From Podarcis liolepis (Eukaryota): a stretch of 64,000 nt of DNA. The DNA lies in assembly GCA_965112155.1 (NCBI GenBank), contig OZ218099.1; one strand, written 5' to 3'. Positions 31,873-46,800 of this stretch are shown here, in pieces. The position numbers and the translations under genes were made by a program. Position 1 is the stretch's first letter, and every line of letters begins with the position of its first letter. The notes under the pieces are model-generated. The model saw only the letters and a list, made by a program, of their open reading frames with translations. It made no database searches and was not told where the DNA came from.

Positions 31873-34800
31873 CTGTAGAAGAGAAGATTTGGGATAATCA
31901 ATATAGAGCAAGAACAGTCGGATGTCAGGCTTAGAGAAATGACTTTGCTGGGTTGAACCTCAGCATTCTAGCAACCATTTCTGATTTGTGCCAGAACTAA
32001 GCTGAGCTCTCTTTTTCACATAAAAATATACTCTTGGTTTTGCCAAAAGTATCTTCAGCAATCCCCCTTTTTCACGTGTGGAGACTTTTTAGAGACCTGG
32101 CAGATCAGAAATCCTTGCCGCTGTTGCAAATCATCTGGACATCTACTGGTAAACCCTAGTCTACTTTGTGCCTATTCGCTTCAGAAACTAGACCATACAG
32201 CACCCTCTCTTACTTACCGTCAGGCTCATTATCCTCACTCTCATCTCCATCATCCAAATCAATGTCTATCTCATCAGGATTAGCCTGTTTGGAGAGTTCA
32301 GCCAGCTCACTGCGGGAAGCATCACTCCTAGAAATAAGGGACAAGAAACTGGTGAATTGTACAGGAGCCAGCACAGTATTATTCACACAGTGAATGCCCC
32401 ATGCCTATACTGCAGGAAACAGGTCCATCCTGAGAAGATCAAGCTGGCTTTACAGGTTCACATGTCTCTTCTCCACTGCAGGCTGCAACTGAAAGCCACT
32501 AGATAAGCTACACAAACTATTAGAACCTGCAGCGTTGACTCAACTCTACAGCTTCACTATCCGCATGAGTGTAAATGCATTAGGCTTCACTGTAACAACC
32601 ATCAAGGCAAAACAGAACAAAAATGCATAGCGAAGGGGCCAATGGAAGTTAAAACATAAGTCACACCATTGCTACACTCCTCCCTCTACCCTGAAATGCA
32701 AACTCTCTTAATCCGGTTTTGTGTTAGTTTCAGGCTTTAGTCTAATGTCAAGATCTTAGACTCTAGGATCAAGTCATGTAGTGACAAAGCCCAGCTTGGG
32801 TCTGATAGTGTGTGCCTGCCACTACCCAACAGAGACACAAGTTTAATCATGATAAGAACTAGAATTCCACTACCTATCCAACTTCAGTGCATGTGGACAT
32901 ATACAGAATTTTAACACAGCAGATGGACAAACTGAGCAGTTGTTTAAAAATATCTCTTCCCCTGCCCAACCACCACAAAAAAACCCTTTGAAGTAGTGGA
33001 GACAGTAGGCACAAGGTGGTTTCTGTGGCCCTGGCTATACTTCTGTGTCTCTTCTACTACCCAAATTCCGGGGGAAATATTTTTATAACCTCTAACCAGA
33101 ACATACATGCATTAAGATAAAAAGTAATGTACGCTGCACATCAAATAGATTCTGTCTGCTGCCTAGTTTCTCATGGCAAGAACACTGCATGTTTTCCCAT
33201 TTCCAGCAGCAGCCACCTCGTGCGACCATCCCTACTTCTACAACTCTCCAAGCTTACAACAAACAGCTTGGTTCTTGCCCAACCTGAAATATGACCCCTG
33301 GTGTATTGCATGCTGGGTGGTGACCTACAGCGAAGAGGTTAAGCAAGTCTCCTTGGCCTGCAGTACACTCACCTGACAAACAGGATCTTCTCCTTCGCTT
33401 GGGGCTGATCTCGCTCCGCTTCAGCTGCCAACTGCTCCGCCCGCTGCTCTAACAGTTTCATGTCATCCATGCCACTCTGCCCAGGTGCCAGGTCAGACAC
33501 TGAAACCAACAGACAAGCAGGAGGGAAGGGCAGAGGAAGGGTTAGAATGGAACAGGAGATGTAGCAGCAGACACCCCTCTCTGCCAGGACCTGTGCAGGG
33601 TGCGGGGGGTGAGACCTACCTGTGCCTGTGGCATTGCTGTACACCTTCAACATCTGAGAGGCCATGAAGTTGACTTGTGTGTTGTAGGTCGCTTGCACGC
33701 TTCGCTTAATGCGAAGCATCTCCCGGATAGTGTCTTCGTTCCCATGCCGGATCTCAAATTCCTTCCATGTCTGCCAGAAATTGGCAGTAGTCTGGTAGGA
33801 GAAGAAAAAGTGTTTTGACGGGTGGGGTGGGAAAGAAGGCAGTCACTGCGAAGTTCAACAGATCAAGCGGAACTTCTTCCTGCTTCACTAGCCTTTCCCC
33901 TGAGCTCTGCTATGGGAAAAGCAACACGGAGGTGTGTCTGTACAGAGATGAGTTGTTCCTGTGCAGTGTATCTTCTGCACCAGAAATTGAAATCCTTGCA
34001 TCTTTGCGATAAATAAGTTATACTACTACTACTAATAATAATGCCGATAGAGTTATCCTTGAACATAATGGAGAGCTAGCTTTTCTCACCTTCCCACACT
34101 GGGTCCTGAAAGGCCTTGCTCAGGCAGACGTATGACTAGTTCTCTAGTGTGTGGAAGAGATCATAGAATCATAGAATTGTAGAGTTGGAAGGGTCCCCAA
34201 GGGTCAACTAGTCCAACCCCCTGCAACGCAGGAATCACAGCTAAAGAACCCCTGACAGATGGCCATCCAACTTAATTAGAAACTTCTCACAAAGGAGAGT
34301 CCACCAGGTGACTTACTCGGGGATCACACATCTGTGAACAGTAGGAATAGATGGCCCGAGCTCGGTCTATTTCGCCCAGCTTGCACTCCATGTCGGCAAA
34401 GCGCAGGCACATCTCCCGAGCGTGTTCATCTGTCAGCACCTGCAATGGGGATACGTGTTAAAATTGCACCCTGACCATCCATGTTTCTAAAACGGCTAAT
34501 GAGTTAAAAACAAAAGCATCCAAACACATATTGCAAACTGAAAGGGACGCAATAAGAGCACAGCAGCAGAAAAAGACACAAGCTGAATTGATGTTAGCAG
34601 TTCTGTTGCATGATGACAAAGATTTGTGTGGACACCAAGTGAGGATCCCCAAGGGCAGCCTTCCAAAGGTTGGGGGTCATAATCAAAGGGACTGGCTCAC
34701 TCTCTGCTATCCATCAGCCCTGTTTCTGAAGTGGCCCTAAGGGCACAAGCAGGTATCTCTGGGAAGTGGTCCCAAGCTGTATAGGGCTTTATAAAAAGGT

Positions 34801-37800
34801 AGCACTCAACACTTTGACCTGTGCTGAATAAGAGCAAAAACAGCATATTGCACAATATGCTGTGCAATAGTTGTAATAGTGATTACAGAAGCTGTATTTG
34901 TATTTACCCCATATCACATAAGGGAACACAATCCCATTCAGCCATTACCTAGCAGACTACTTCCTCTCTAGGCGAGGGCAAGAGACTTATCCTGGAGTTT
35001 TAAACACAGCATTATTTATTTGGAAAAAAGGAACTAACCTCAATAGCCTTCTCATAGATGCTACGTGTGTGTGTGACCCCATAGATTTCAGCTGCTCTCT
35101 TGATGTAGATATTGTACATGTCATATTGCTCCGAAGGCTGCACAGCCTGAGTGGCCCTCTCATACACGGCCATGGCGTGGCGTGCCAGCCCATATTCTTC
35201 CTCCAGTTTGGCATACAGCAAGTAGATAGCTGTGAACAGAGAAGAAATTAAAGCAAAACTACATTCCTCCCCCACCCCCAATCTTTGGGTCAACTCTTCT
35301 CACCAAGATATTTTGGCTCTGTATGGACTATGTTAGTGACACTCCAGATACCATAGGAAAAGTTTTAAATAAGCACTGCCCCAAGGGAGAATTATTCAGA
35401 TTGCCCTCTTGCACTGAAGAGGATGTGACAGAGATGTTCTCTCCATCTCAATGGCTCCTGCTGGACAGGAACTTATCAGGCCTCAAACAGATTGGCTACC
35501 CTAGGGGGATGCCATTCAGATGTTTTGAACTACAACTCCCATGATCCCAGACTACTGGCTAAGCCAGCCCAGTTGAGACAGATGGGAACTGCAATCCACA
35601 ACTTCTGGAGAACACCACGATGGCAACCACTGGGTTATGGATGCAGGTGCCCTCTGGCTCGCTTTGGGAGCAAGTCCTCTAGCTTTGGCCTTGCTGTTTC
35701 CTGTATCTCAGCTTCCGTTGCCCAGGAAAACAGGACTGGTCTTTTCCCATTCTTTATCAGCTCCCACCCCCAGGCTTTTACTGCCTCTGCTCTCTTGCAA
35801 CACAGCACAGCTTACTTTTAGCGTATTTCTGGGGGCAGCCATCTAGAGCCTGCTCAAAGAGGTCCCGTGCACGCTCCAACTTCTTGCCACCATAGCGGTC
35901 GGTGAATTTGGTAAGATAGGTGTTCCAAATGTCATACACGTTTGGCCACTTGAACAATGAGATGCCCCTCTCATACGCCTGGCGGAGAGAATGAATGGTA
36001 TGAAAAAGACAGCAAAAGCTTTCTTCTAGTTGGTATACTCTTGCCTATATGAAAACCACCATATTGAGTCAGGTGATTGTGGTCTATGCAGTCCAGTACT
36101 ATCTGCTCTGGCTGACAGCAGCAACCCAATATCTCCAAAACAGATAAATCTTTTCCCAGCTTTGCTACCTGAGGGTCTTTTAAACTGGAGATGCCAAGGA
36201 ATGAATCACGGGACCCATTAGCTGAATCCTACCCTTCATGCTAATCTTTCCAAAGGTTACAGAGATGTAGGATCTGCAGAGTTCCACTCTGCTACCTAAG
36301 AAGTACACCACACACTGTAGATATTTTGAGCCAAGGTCCTTCCTCTCAAGCTCCACAGCTTGCAGCAGGCAGCTTTTACGATTCAGTGGCTCCCAAACCA
36401 ACCAGATGGGCAACTTCCCACTCCCCCAGCTGCTGTGAGAGCAGACAGAGGTATTGATACGGCCAACTCACCTTGAAGCTCTCTTCAAAGTAGCTGTGCT
36501 CTTCCAGGAAGAGGCCATAGTTAATGATGATTTGTGGGGTGGCAATGCGCAGGTCCAGAATGCGGTCATACACGGCTTTAGTAGACTAGGGGTGGTGACA
36601 TAAAGAAACTTCAATATTAGGCTGAAGCACAAAGAGACAGCCGAGTTACAGTGACAGCTTGGGGCCCTCAGTCACTGTCCCTTCCCCAGCTATGTCCAGA
36701 GATACAGAGGGAGGAGATCAGGAGGGAGGAAACAAGTCCCTGTGGTCAATACAGGTCTTTTAATGCAGAGCTGGCAGGGCTGCTGCCCACAGCTGCTCAA
36801 GGCAAGCGGTAAACAAGGCTCCCTATTACCGTCAAAGGGAATTAGTAGGCCCCAGTTGGATTTTCAGAAAATACGGGAGCAAGAACTGTAGCTACAGACT
36901 GCTGTGTGCGTCACATAGTGTTTTACTTATCGATTAAATTTGTCAACTACTTTATCTTGTCCAAGGCAATCCACAGCAACTTGCAACCAAACAGACAATA
37001 AACCTCACATAGATACTTTAAAACCAAGAGAAAAGGGAAATGCATTAAAAATATCCCAGCCGCTTCTAAAAGGCTAGCTAGAAATAATCATGCATAAAAG
37101 GGGGAAACATTGAAGACAGGAAAGAAGTCAGGAGAGCCCAGATAAATATGCTGAAAGAAGCTATGTGTACCAAAACCCACTCAGTTTCTAGAAGTAGAGA
37201 CTTCGCTTCAGGGAGTGGGAAGCCAGGGGCTTGAGTTGTGCAAGGCTGGTCTGCTACTGACTCCATGTAACAGCTCCATGTAACAGAGCCAGTTTTCTGG
37301 GCCCTAATGCTACTCTCCATGCCTCAGCATCATACTATTTCAAAGCCAAAGCCTCTAGAATAGTCTCTAGAATAGCTTAAAGATGACTAGGAAACAGTGA
37401 GGGTCTGTCATTTTGGGTGGTTCAGAAGATCTCCAAGTATAGCATTAGCTAGCAAACCAAGAGGTCCACGGAATACCTAACCACTGATTTTGTGCCACCC
37501 AAAAGCCAAGGAAAGCCAATTCACAAACTAGCTCATTTGTGCCTAGCTAAAGCTTTTTTTTAACAAAGAAGAAGACTGTTTTGGGAGGGCTGCTGAAGTG
37601 GCAAAAAGTCATTCATTTTCTGCACAGCTTGTCCCAGTGGTTAATCCTTTTGCCTGCTAAACTGGAGCCGGGTTTCTAATTTGTCTTTAGTCTAATTCCC
37701 AGATGTTGACCCTTATTCTGTCTCTCCCTGCTAGTTCAAGGAGACATTTACTGCCCACAGTACTTGCTTCCTTGGATACTTCTCAGACACTTCTGGACAG

Positions 37801-40800
37801 AAGGCGATTAAAGCTGATTGAATAATACTTAAAACAGCCAGAGGGAAGTGCCATGATAGGAAAAAAGAACAGAAACCCAAAGCTAATGCTTTTCCTGTCT
37901 GGATGAGGCGGGCTTCTGTGACTGCTCCAGACAGGAAAAGTTGGTGCTTGCCCTTCCCACAACTCCAGAAGGCTCTGGCAGACAATGTAGGCCAGGAAAG
38001 GCCACTTACCTTGAAGGTGCCAAGACTTTCTTCCAGGTCAGCCAACATAGACCAAACCTTGAGGGACTTGTAGACACGATTCTGCACAGGTTCTGAGGAA
38101 TCAAAATACTCTGCTTTCTTAGCTGGGATGGCTGTGGCTTTCTGAAGGAACAAGAGAAAACAGATGCCAGTGAAAGTGGGAGAAGCCTATGGAAGTCTAG
38201 CAGCACACCCTGATGATTAAGGGTAGAATTCACATAACACTAAGTGGGATATGCACATGGGGAACAAGGCCTGCTCAAGCAAGAAGTCATCCCCCCTTTT
38301 CCCCGTGTGCCCTCTAAACCTGTTCTGAGGAACCTCTAACTTCCAGAGCAGGGGTGTGTGTGTGTGTGTGTGTATGTAGAGGAATCCTGTTGTGGGAACA
38401 GACCTCGCTTTGCGCTTGCAACAACTTAGTTGATCCCACCCTTAGCATATATCTCTCTCGCTCTTTACATATAAATTATCTCTGCAGACAGGAAATTGGG
38501 TGGCCTCACATTGTTAGAAATACAAAAGCTTAGAAATCTTGGTTTCCTGCTTTCTCATTTAGCCACAGCACACCATTCAGCTAGTAACGGTGCTTCCCTG
38601 TGATTCAACCACTAGAGCTCCAACTCCATTCAGGGAGATGTGGACAGAAGAAAGGAGTCTTATTTTTGATCGCAAGGCTATACGCCCTTAACTCCGAAGT
38701 AATCCTCTGGGAACCCAAAAAGCAACACTTCTGGATTATCAGATGCCTGCCGCCCTGTTTCTGCTCACCCGCAGGATGCGCAGCGCTTGGTCATAGTTCT
38801 CGTGCCGCAGCTCCATCTCGCCATATTCGCACCACACACTGGCCAGCTCATCCACTTGCTTGAAGTTGACCTTGGTAGCCTTTTCAAAAATGGTTCTGGC
38901 CTGGGAACAAGTAAGGTAGGCAAGGTGAAGGGGAAAGCAGGGCCAGAAAGAGCCCCCAGTTTCAGCATCTCCTCTCCTTGGACTAGGCTAAGTGGTGGGG
39001 CAGGTCATCCAAGAAATGCTGCATCACCAAGGATGGTGGCTTCCCGGTGTTTGGGTAAGGTTGACTGAATATAAGACTTGCTCACCACAACCAAAATTCC
39101 TGAATCAATTTACAAGAAGAATGAAACACAGTAACAAAAATGCATGGAGTTAAGCCTGAGGCAGCTGTGGTGAAGGGCATTTGCAACACAGAACCCGAGT
39201 CTCTGTTGTGCTTCTGGGCAGCAGCCAGGAAAGTAAGGCAGGAAACATTTTGAAAGGCAAGGACAGAGCAGCATTAGCCTCCCAAACCCATGCATCACTC
39301 ACGTCTTCGATCTGTCCATTGACCTCGTAGAATTTGGCAAAAGAAACCCACAGCGTATGTGTCTTTCCGGTGGCTTTAAAGGGGTCGACAGTCTGAACCG
39401 CTTCTGTGTATGTGTTGATGATCTGGAGGAAGCAGGGAGAGAGGTAGAAGAAAAGAAAAGAGTGAGCTCTGGCAGGTTCCTAGGTTCCTTCCTGTACGGT
39501 TTGGTGGCTGTAGCTGCGAAGCACAACACAGAGGAAGTGAGAAGTGCCAACTAGTACAATCCCAACGAAGTTTTTATTGTGGAAAACAGCCTGCTTCTCA
39601 GCAGATCTAGAAGGCCACTGGATGGTGAGAATTGGGAGAACTGGGTCTATTTCCAGCTCAGCCTTGTGTGGCAGGTCAGTCTTCCAGGCAGCAGCTTAAT
39701 TAGACCGGCATGAGTACCCGTCTATGAATACCCTTCTGAGCAAATGTGGAAACTCCAATGTGCTGAGCACCCATTAGTAGACAGAAGCTTTTTGAAACTT
39801 CATGAAATTTGCTTGGGGTGGAGGGAGCCCCAGTGGACGAAATGCTGTGTCAACTTCCATCAGTGACACGACCAACGTTGGGTGCCAGCAACTCCTTGGA
39901 GATTCAGCTCAGATTCAGCTCCATACCCAAAACTTCGCCATTCATCACTGATGCTGCAACCCAGTGTTTAATAGAAGGGGAACACGCTAGCCTGAAAGTT
40001 CAGCAGCTCCCTCATTCCCAGCGCTGGGTCTGCTCATGCAATCCCTACTGTGGGGATTTCCTTACCTCGCGAGGTTTGCCTTCATACAGCTTCACCCGCT
40101 TGTGCCACTCGTGGACGTTGTGAGGATTCTGGCGCAAGAGGACACTGTTAAGAAGCAAGGGCCGGCGTGTGATCAGCTGCTCAAAGCGAGCCAGGCGCAG
40201 CTCCAGGTCCACGTCATCTGTTTCCCCAGGGGGGCAAAAGAGCAGGAATGAGAGATGGTGCAAGAAGGCAGCTACTTGCAGCTGAAATTCCCCCTCTATT
40301 TTCTCACCTACACACTCCATACCTATAGCTATGCCCTGGGTTCCTTTGGGAGGAAGGGCAGGATTTAACATGAGAATATGAGATCTATCTATCTATCTAT
40401 CTATCTATCCATCTCCCAAGCTCCAAAGGATGTCCACAAAATGCAAGGATACGAATTAAGAATTGCTGGGTCCACATTCAATGGCCAAAGAAGAGGGAAG
40501 CTCTTTTAACATAAGGCTTTATCAGTGATGCAACCCCAGGGAGAAATGTCCATCACAACTTGAAAAGGTTTAGGGAGAACTGAGACATCCTCCGGAGTCT
40601 CAGCAACTCTGGCATGCATTCTCCTAGATGCAGTCTGGAGAATTTCTTCTCTTCCGAAAGGGAAGGAGGAGCAGCACCTGCTTCCTACCACTTGCGCTGC
40701 TCTTACCCTCCTCCTCACGTCCCATCTCAGAGCTGGTCTCCATCTTGGCAGCGATCATGCTCTCCTCAAACTGGGCGTAGCTGTCGAACACCTGAGTGAA

Positions 40801-43800
40801 ATCCCGCACTGTCATCACAGTCTGTATGGCTTCTTCGTAGACATCGCGAGCCTAAGACAGAGAAGGTGAAGGGATTACTGTTCCAGTCTGCAAAGCAATG
40901 CCTGTGGTCTCTGTTCCCACGGCCAGCTACCAAGCAGCTTTGACTTCTCTAATGGTTTTCATGGGAAATGCTCTTAAGAAAGCACAGATCACCACTCAAG
41001 ACGTATCCACTTATATGGAACTCAAAGCTTTTTCTTATTGTGGGAGGAAACAGTGGGCCAAGAGGAACTGCCTCTGGGATGAAAATGATCTACAAAAAGG
41101 TTATTTGGAACAGGCAACATAAACTTCCCATGCCAAGAAAGAGCAGGTACCTGCAACTCAGTCCAAAGTGACAACTGCATTCTAACAGTTTTCAGAGCGC
41201 AACCCTATATTTAACAGGGATGTTCAGGCCGGGGGAAATCACGCACTAGGTTGCCCATCAAATCCAGTGTCTATTAGCTAAATCAGTAGTTCTCAACCTG
41301 GGGTGCCTTGAATGATGGTTGGGGTGCTGCAGGCAACACTGGTCTCTGTCCCTCTTTCCTTCCCTCCCTCCTCTGATGCCCTCTTGTGTCTCTGCCTCCC
41401 AAAGGCTTGCATATCTGTTTGTTGCAGCAGTCCTTGATACAAGCTCCTCAGGTGAATGGTGCCTCTGTGGCCAGCCAGGGGTTGCTTCCCAGGTCCCTGT
41501 GGGGCAGTTTGAGGAGGCATCTCTCTTGGGGGCGGGGGGGACTCAGAAACCAGGGGTGGCAGCTGCAGCTGACATGGGGAGAGGAGAGGAGAGGAGGCTG
41601 AGGAGGCAGGCAAGGGGTGACATAACTGGGCTCCTGAGCCCCACAGAGGTGCTGCGGAAAGAATGCAGTTGGTCAAGGGAGCCATGGACTCTAAAAGGTT
41701 GAAAACCTCTGGGCTAAATGCCTTTCCCTTTGATTCTAATTTGAGGAGGAATCAAGTTACAGGATCACCCAGAAGTTTAAACCTGAACAACTGAGGGCTT
41801 GTTCATATGTCCCAAAGGACGAAACACATTGAGTACTAATTCTCAGTCTCCTCTGGCTGTCCATACATCACATTTTTTTCACCTGTCTGCTGACCTCGTA
41901 CCGATTAAAAAAGCAAACAAACAATGATTTCTAAAAATCTACCCAGCATGACATAAGACATGAGAATCCTGCTTGTTATGTACAGTCACCCCAGAAAGCA
42001 CTAGGATTCTTATTTGTTTTCCCTAGTTACTTTTCACAAACTTGGAACACTTCATGTATTATGAGACACTATGAATTCTTCTGATGAGCAGAAAGGCAGA
42101 ACAGAAATAATATAATAAAAGAAGAAAATCATAGGAGATACACCCACTACCCTTTGTCCCTCCTCTATGCTCAGTAACTTTCCTCTATTACCAATCTTCC
42201 AGATTCATCCATTTCCATTTTTGTTTGGTGGCTTGTAAGGATTTCTGTTGGTTATTTTGCCTACTGTTCATTATCTGGTCCCTACAAGCTCAGTAAAAGC
42301 CTTATTTAAAAGAGTGAATTAGGAGAAGAGTGGAGACAGACAATAGCTCTTTTTAAGTGAGTTCAAAGTGATCTAAAAGAGGCTTCCCTTCTGGTGAAAA
42401 AGGGTTTCAGAACAATAGAAACACCTATAAAGTCTGCTTAGTAGGGGTACATGTGGGTGGCATGCATTTACTATTACTAGCAGACTTTTGTTCAAACTGT
42501 CTTCAGCCCTTCATAAAAATTAATGTCTGTCTCCAACCCAAGATTTTCACCAAATAAAGGTGAGGTCTTGCTCAGACCAGATGAATAAGGAATTTAAGAG
42601 GAAATAGCTGAAAGACTTGAACAGTACACTCTGTGCCATTTTGAAGTCCCCCCTGGGATTGGGATGTGACTCCAGCCAAGTCCCTGCATCACAGCACAAA
42701 CCCTCAGGCCCAGGTGACTACCTTCTCAAAATGCCCACTGCGGATGTAGTAGTCTGCCAAGGAACACCATAGCTTGCCCAGCTGGTCGGTGAAGCGAGTC
42801 AGGCCGCCCCGGATTATGGCCCCCACATTGAGCGACTTCACCTTGTCTGGATTCTGCGAGATGAGGTCACAGAGCTCGTGCCACAGCTGCAACGGAGAGG
42901 ACAAGGTGTCAGAGAGATCTTGGCAACGCTGAGAGGCAGGAAAAGCATCAAGTGTACAGGTTGTTCTGCAGCAGGCATCTTTGGATGAATGAGAAGAGAG
43001 ATCCTCCATATAATTTTGGAGGGCTGACTGCCAGCTACCATGAGCCTCACTTGATAGTTGGATTTCCCCTCCTTGGAGATGAAGCGTTCATCATTCACCA
43101 CAGCGGCAAGGCGGACAGCAGCCTCATCCAGGCGGTCAATGGAGCGCAGGTACTCAATATATTCCTCAGCATTCTCCGGGCTCAGCTGCAACATAAAAAC
43201 GTGTACAGCTCAGAATCCACCAGAATGCTGACAAGACCAAAATAGTGGCAGTAGAAGAGCTAATGTAGATTAATTGCAACACTGCTAGAAGTGCCAACTC
43301 AAGGTTAGCTAAGAATACAAGGAGTAGCTTACAACCCTTTGTGCATAGTGTGTTAAAGCTAATTAAAATTTGTCGGGGGGAACAAGTGTGATTTCTTTTA
43401 TGCAACATGACAAAATTTTCACTTATTCCAAAATTAAAATAAAAAAACAGGACGAGATTAAACAGAATACTATCTACAGATTTAGAGCAGACAACATTTT
43501 GTAAAGAGGTGTCCTAGTTCAGGAGTCCTAAGCAAAGGGTTTCAGACCCAGAACCCCTCTTTAAGTCCATCTGCAATGCAGGATCTACTTAAGAGTTGGC
43601 ATAGGTTCATTTATCCTCGCTGTATGGTGTTCAGATGCACAAAAAGTACAAGCACATTGCATCTTTACCAGATGTATATAAGAGGGAGTTGTAAAAGTTG
43701 GAATTTGTCATGTAGGGCTGCAAAAAACATGTCCCTGCTGAAATTTCCTGTTCTGTGAAACCACTAAAGGTTAAGGGATTGTGGCTTCCTTTGCATCTGG

Positions 43801-46800
43801 TGTCTCGGTTTCTTTAAAAATAACAGGAAAAAGAAAATTATTGGGCGCCACTGATGTAATTTACAACAGGTTTCTGCATCTCAACTCCCAGCTGAAGGAC
43901 AGTTCTTGAGTTAACATAATGAATAAGAATATTCTGGGCGGCTCCCAATCAAGTGTAAAAAACAATACAGCATTAAATATTAAAAACTTCCCTAAACAGG
44001 GCTGCCTTCAGATGTCTTTTAAAGATACGATAGCTGCTTATTTCCTTCACATCTGAAGGGAGGGTGTTCCACAGGGTGGGCGCCACTACCGAGAAGGCCC
44101 TCGGTGCATTAGTATTTCTGGAAAATCTCCCTGATCTAATCTAGAGAGGTACCCAATTAAATAACACTTTTGTCCAATACTCTCCCTTTGAGAAGGGATT
44201 TCTCTTTGCTGAAATAGCAATTTTATTGTTCTCTGTCATAAATGAAATCAATCAAATATTTTGGTGCTATTGAAGAATTTGTTCCACAGCCTTCTGATCT
44301 CTCTGTACCCTCTCTAGCCACTTCCAAACACTATGAGTACCCAACTCAAATACAGTATAATATTCCAGTAGAAGTTTCGCAAGGGCTATGCACAAGACTA
44401 AAAGTAGGACAAGAATTCATTCAGTGCTAATAATGAAAAGGAGCCTAAAAGAGAAGAAACCCATTTAGGCAGTCATTGCACAAGGAAGACAACACTTTCT
44501 CTACAAAGATTACGCAGATGGCTCAGAGGTGGAAGAGTTTGGTAAGACAAATTAGTTGGGGACATGTGGGCCCGCTTACCTTCAGGTACCTGCGGTAGAC
44601 CCGTACAGCTGTCTCGGGTAATGGATACAGGCGAACAAACTTCAGGTAGAGTGGCCAGATACGATGGTGCTGTGTGATGGGCAGGGCCCGGAGGGCTCGG
44701 TCAAAGGTCCTACGAGTGCGGGTGATCCGACACTGGTCCATAAGAAACTGGCAGTAATCTAGCCATATCCGAGGCATCTACAATCAGACAGATAATAATA
44801 AGAAAATAGCATCTCCCTTTGGGGATCCGACCAAAGGTTAACACTGTCCCACAGCCAGCTTCTAATAGTGGCTACACATATGTGACTAGGAAGTTCACAA
44901 GTGGGCTATGACAACAACATTGGCTTGCATCTAGCATGCAGCAGTCAAGCAAGTCACTGCCTCTGAATACAGCTGTTCCATTTTTAGAAATTCTGCTTAA
45001 TGGACTCCACTAATTTATCTATTTCTTTATTCAAAAAGCCAATGAACTTACCGGTACTTGCAAACTCCACACTTTGTAATACTAGGGTTGCCATGCGTCT
45101 GGAATTTCCCAGACATAACCAGCATTCAGTAGTCCGAAACAGTGTCCAACAACTATTGTGTGTTTGCTTTTTGCTTATCCTAAACCTATTGCAATCAATT
45201 AACGTATTTTTCTGTGTATAAGACTAGGTTTCCCCCCTAAAAAATAATGTCCAAAATTTGGGGGCATCTTATACACATCTCTAATTTCACTAGGAGACTC
45301 AAGTGCTAGTGTTTTGAATAAAAAATTCTCTACAGAATGGCTCATCAGTTTACAAACCCTTCAGTGATTTTCATTAAGGCTTTCTTCTTAAGGAAGGAGC
45401 TCCCCCGTTATTTTTATCATTTCCTTCCCATTGCTATGTGGCATCTACAACAGTTTCTGAGACAAACTCACGGATTTAGGCTAAAGATTGTTGTTTTTAA
45501 GAGAGTTGAAAGTGGTATACTAAAGCCATTATTGTATTCCACATATGCACACATCTGAGAAACAGCTCTGAAATGAAAACATATGTGAGGCCTTCAGATA
45601 GACATTGTCATAACCAGCCATAATAGCAGCCATTATGATTGACTCACTTTTCCCAGGCGTTACCAGCCCTCTAAGCATATCACCAACCACTGTACCTTGT
45701 GCATGAAGACAAGGGCACGCTCATGACAGTTGTTCACTTCTTCATAGCTGGGATCCGTTACACACTTGCTCTTTACCTGCTTCCGTCGCTGCTTAAGATA
45801 ATTATACCATAGCTTGTAGCTGCAAAACACAAAGGGGGCAACTATTAACATTAAAGTAAAAGATTTTGCCATGTTGCTCCCAGCTCTCATTGCGAGGGGA
45901 GTTGGGTGATCAGTGCCTTGCTCCTGAAATAAACAAGGGAAACATCAACAGGGACAGCAAGGGGTTCCATCTGTTGAGGGTATTCCTGTCTGCTTTCAGA
46001 AGAGACCAGAAAACAGATCATAAGAAACTCCCCTCAATTCTGAAGAAGTTAAGAGTTAGCCTTTCATTTACATTTTTATACAACAATGCCTTATGAAAAT
46101 CTGGATTGAAAAAGGTTCCCCTACTACCTTCATGCAGTTTGCTAAAGAACTTTACATAAAAGAAAGAGACACAAGTGCATACCTGCCTGGCAATTCCTTA
46201 AGAGCTCTCTCATAGATCAGATTCAAGATATGCTTGGGAGCATTTTGCTTGAACTCAATGTAGCGGATCCAGCACTTGACAGAGAAGGGGTTGCGCAATA
46301 TTTCTTCTTCATATTGCAAGTCTTCCTCTTCCTGTGTAGGGGTGAGGAGCAAGGCGATATAAATTTAGAGAGAGAATGTACTATTATATTTCTTTGTGCA
46401 GCACCGTTATAACTTACGCATCCCAATGCTATCTTCAGGCTTTTGAAAAATGCTACCTAATTTTACATGTGAGCATATGTAAAATGAACCAAAAAATCAT
46501 CACTTCATATTTTACTACAGCCACAAATTCACTAAGTAATCTTTAGCAAGTCTCTGGTCCCAGCTCTAAGCTCAAATATTGGGGTGTGTGTGTACAATCT
46601 TACCTTACAGGACTACTGTAAGTTAGTAACGACCAAAGCAGATATTATAGAGCAGCATTTCTCAATCCTGGGTCCCAAATACTGCTGAACCACAAGTCCC
46701 ATCATCCCTGACCACTGGTCCTGCTAGCGAGAAATGACAGGAATTGTAGTCCAACGACATCTGGGAGCCCAAGGTTGAGAAAGGCTGTTACAAAGAATCA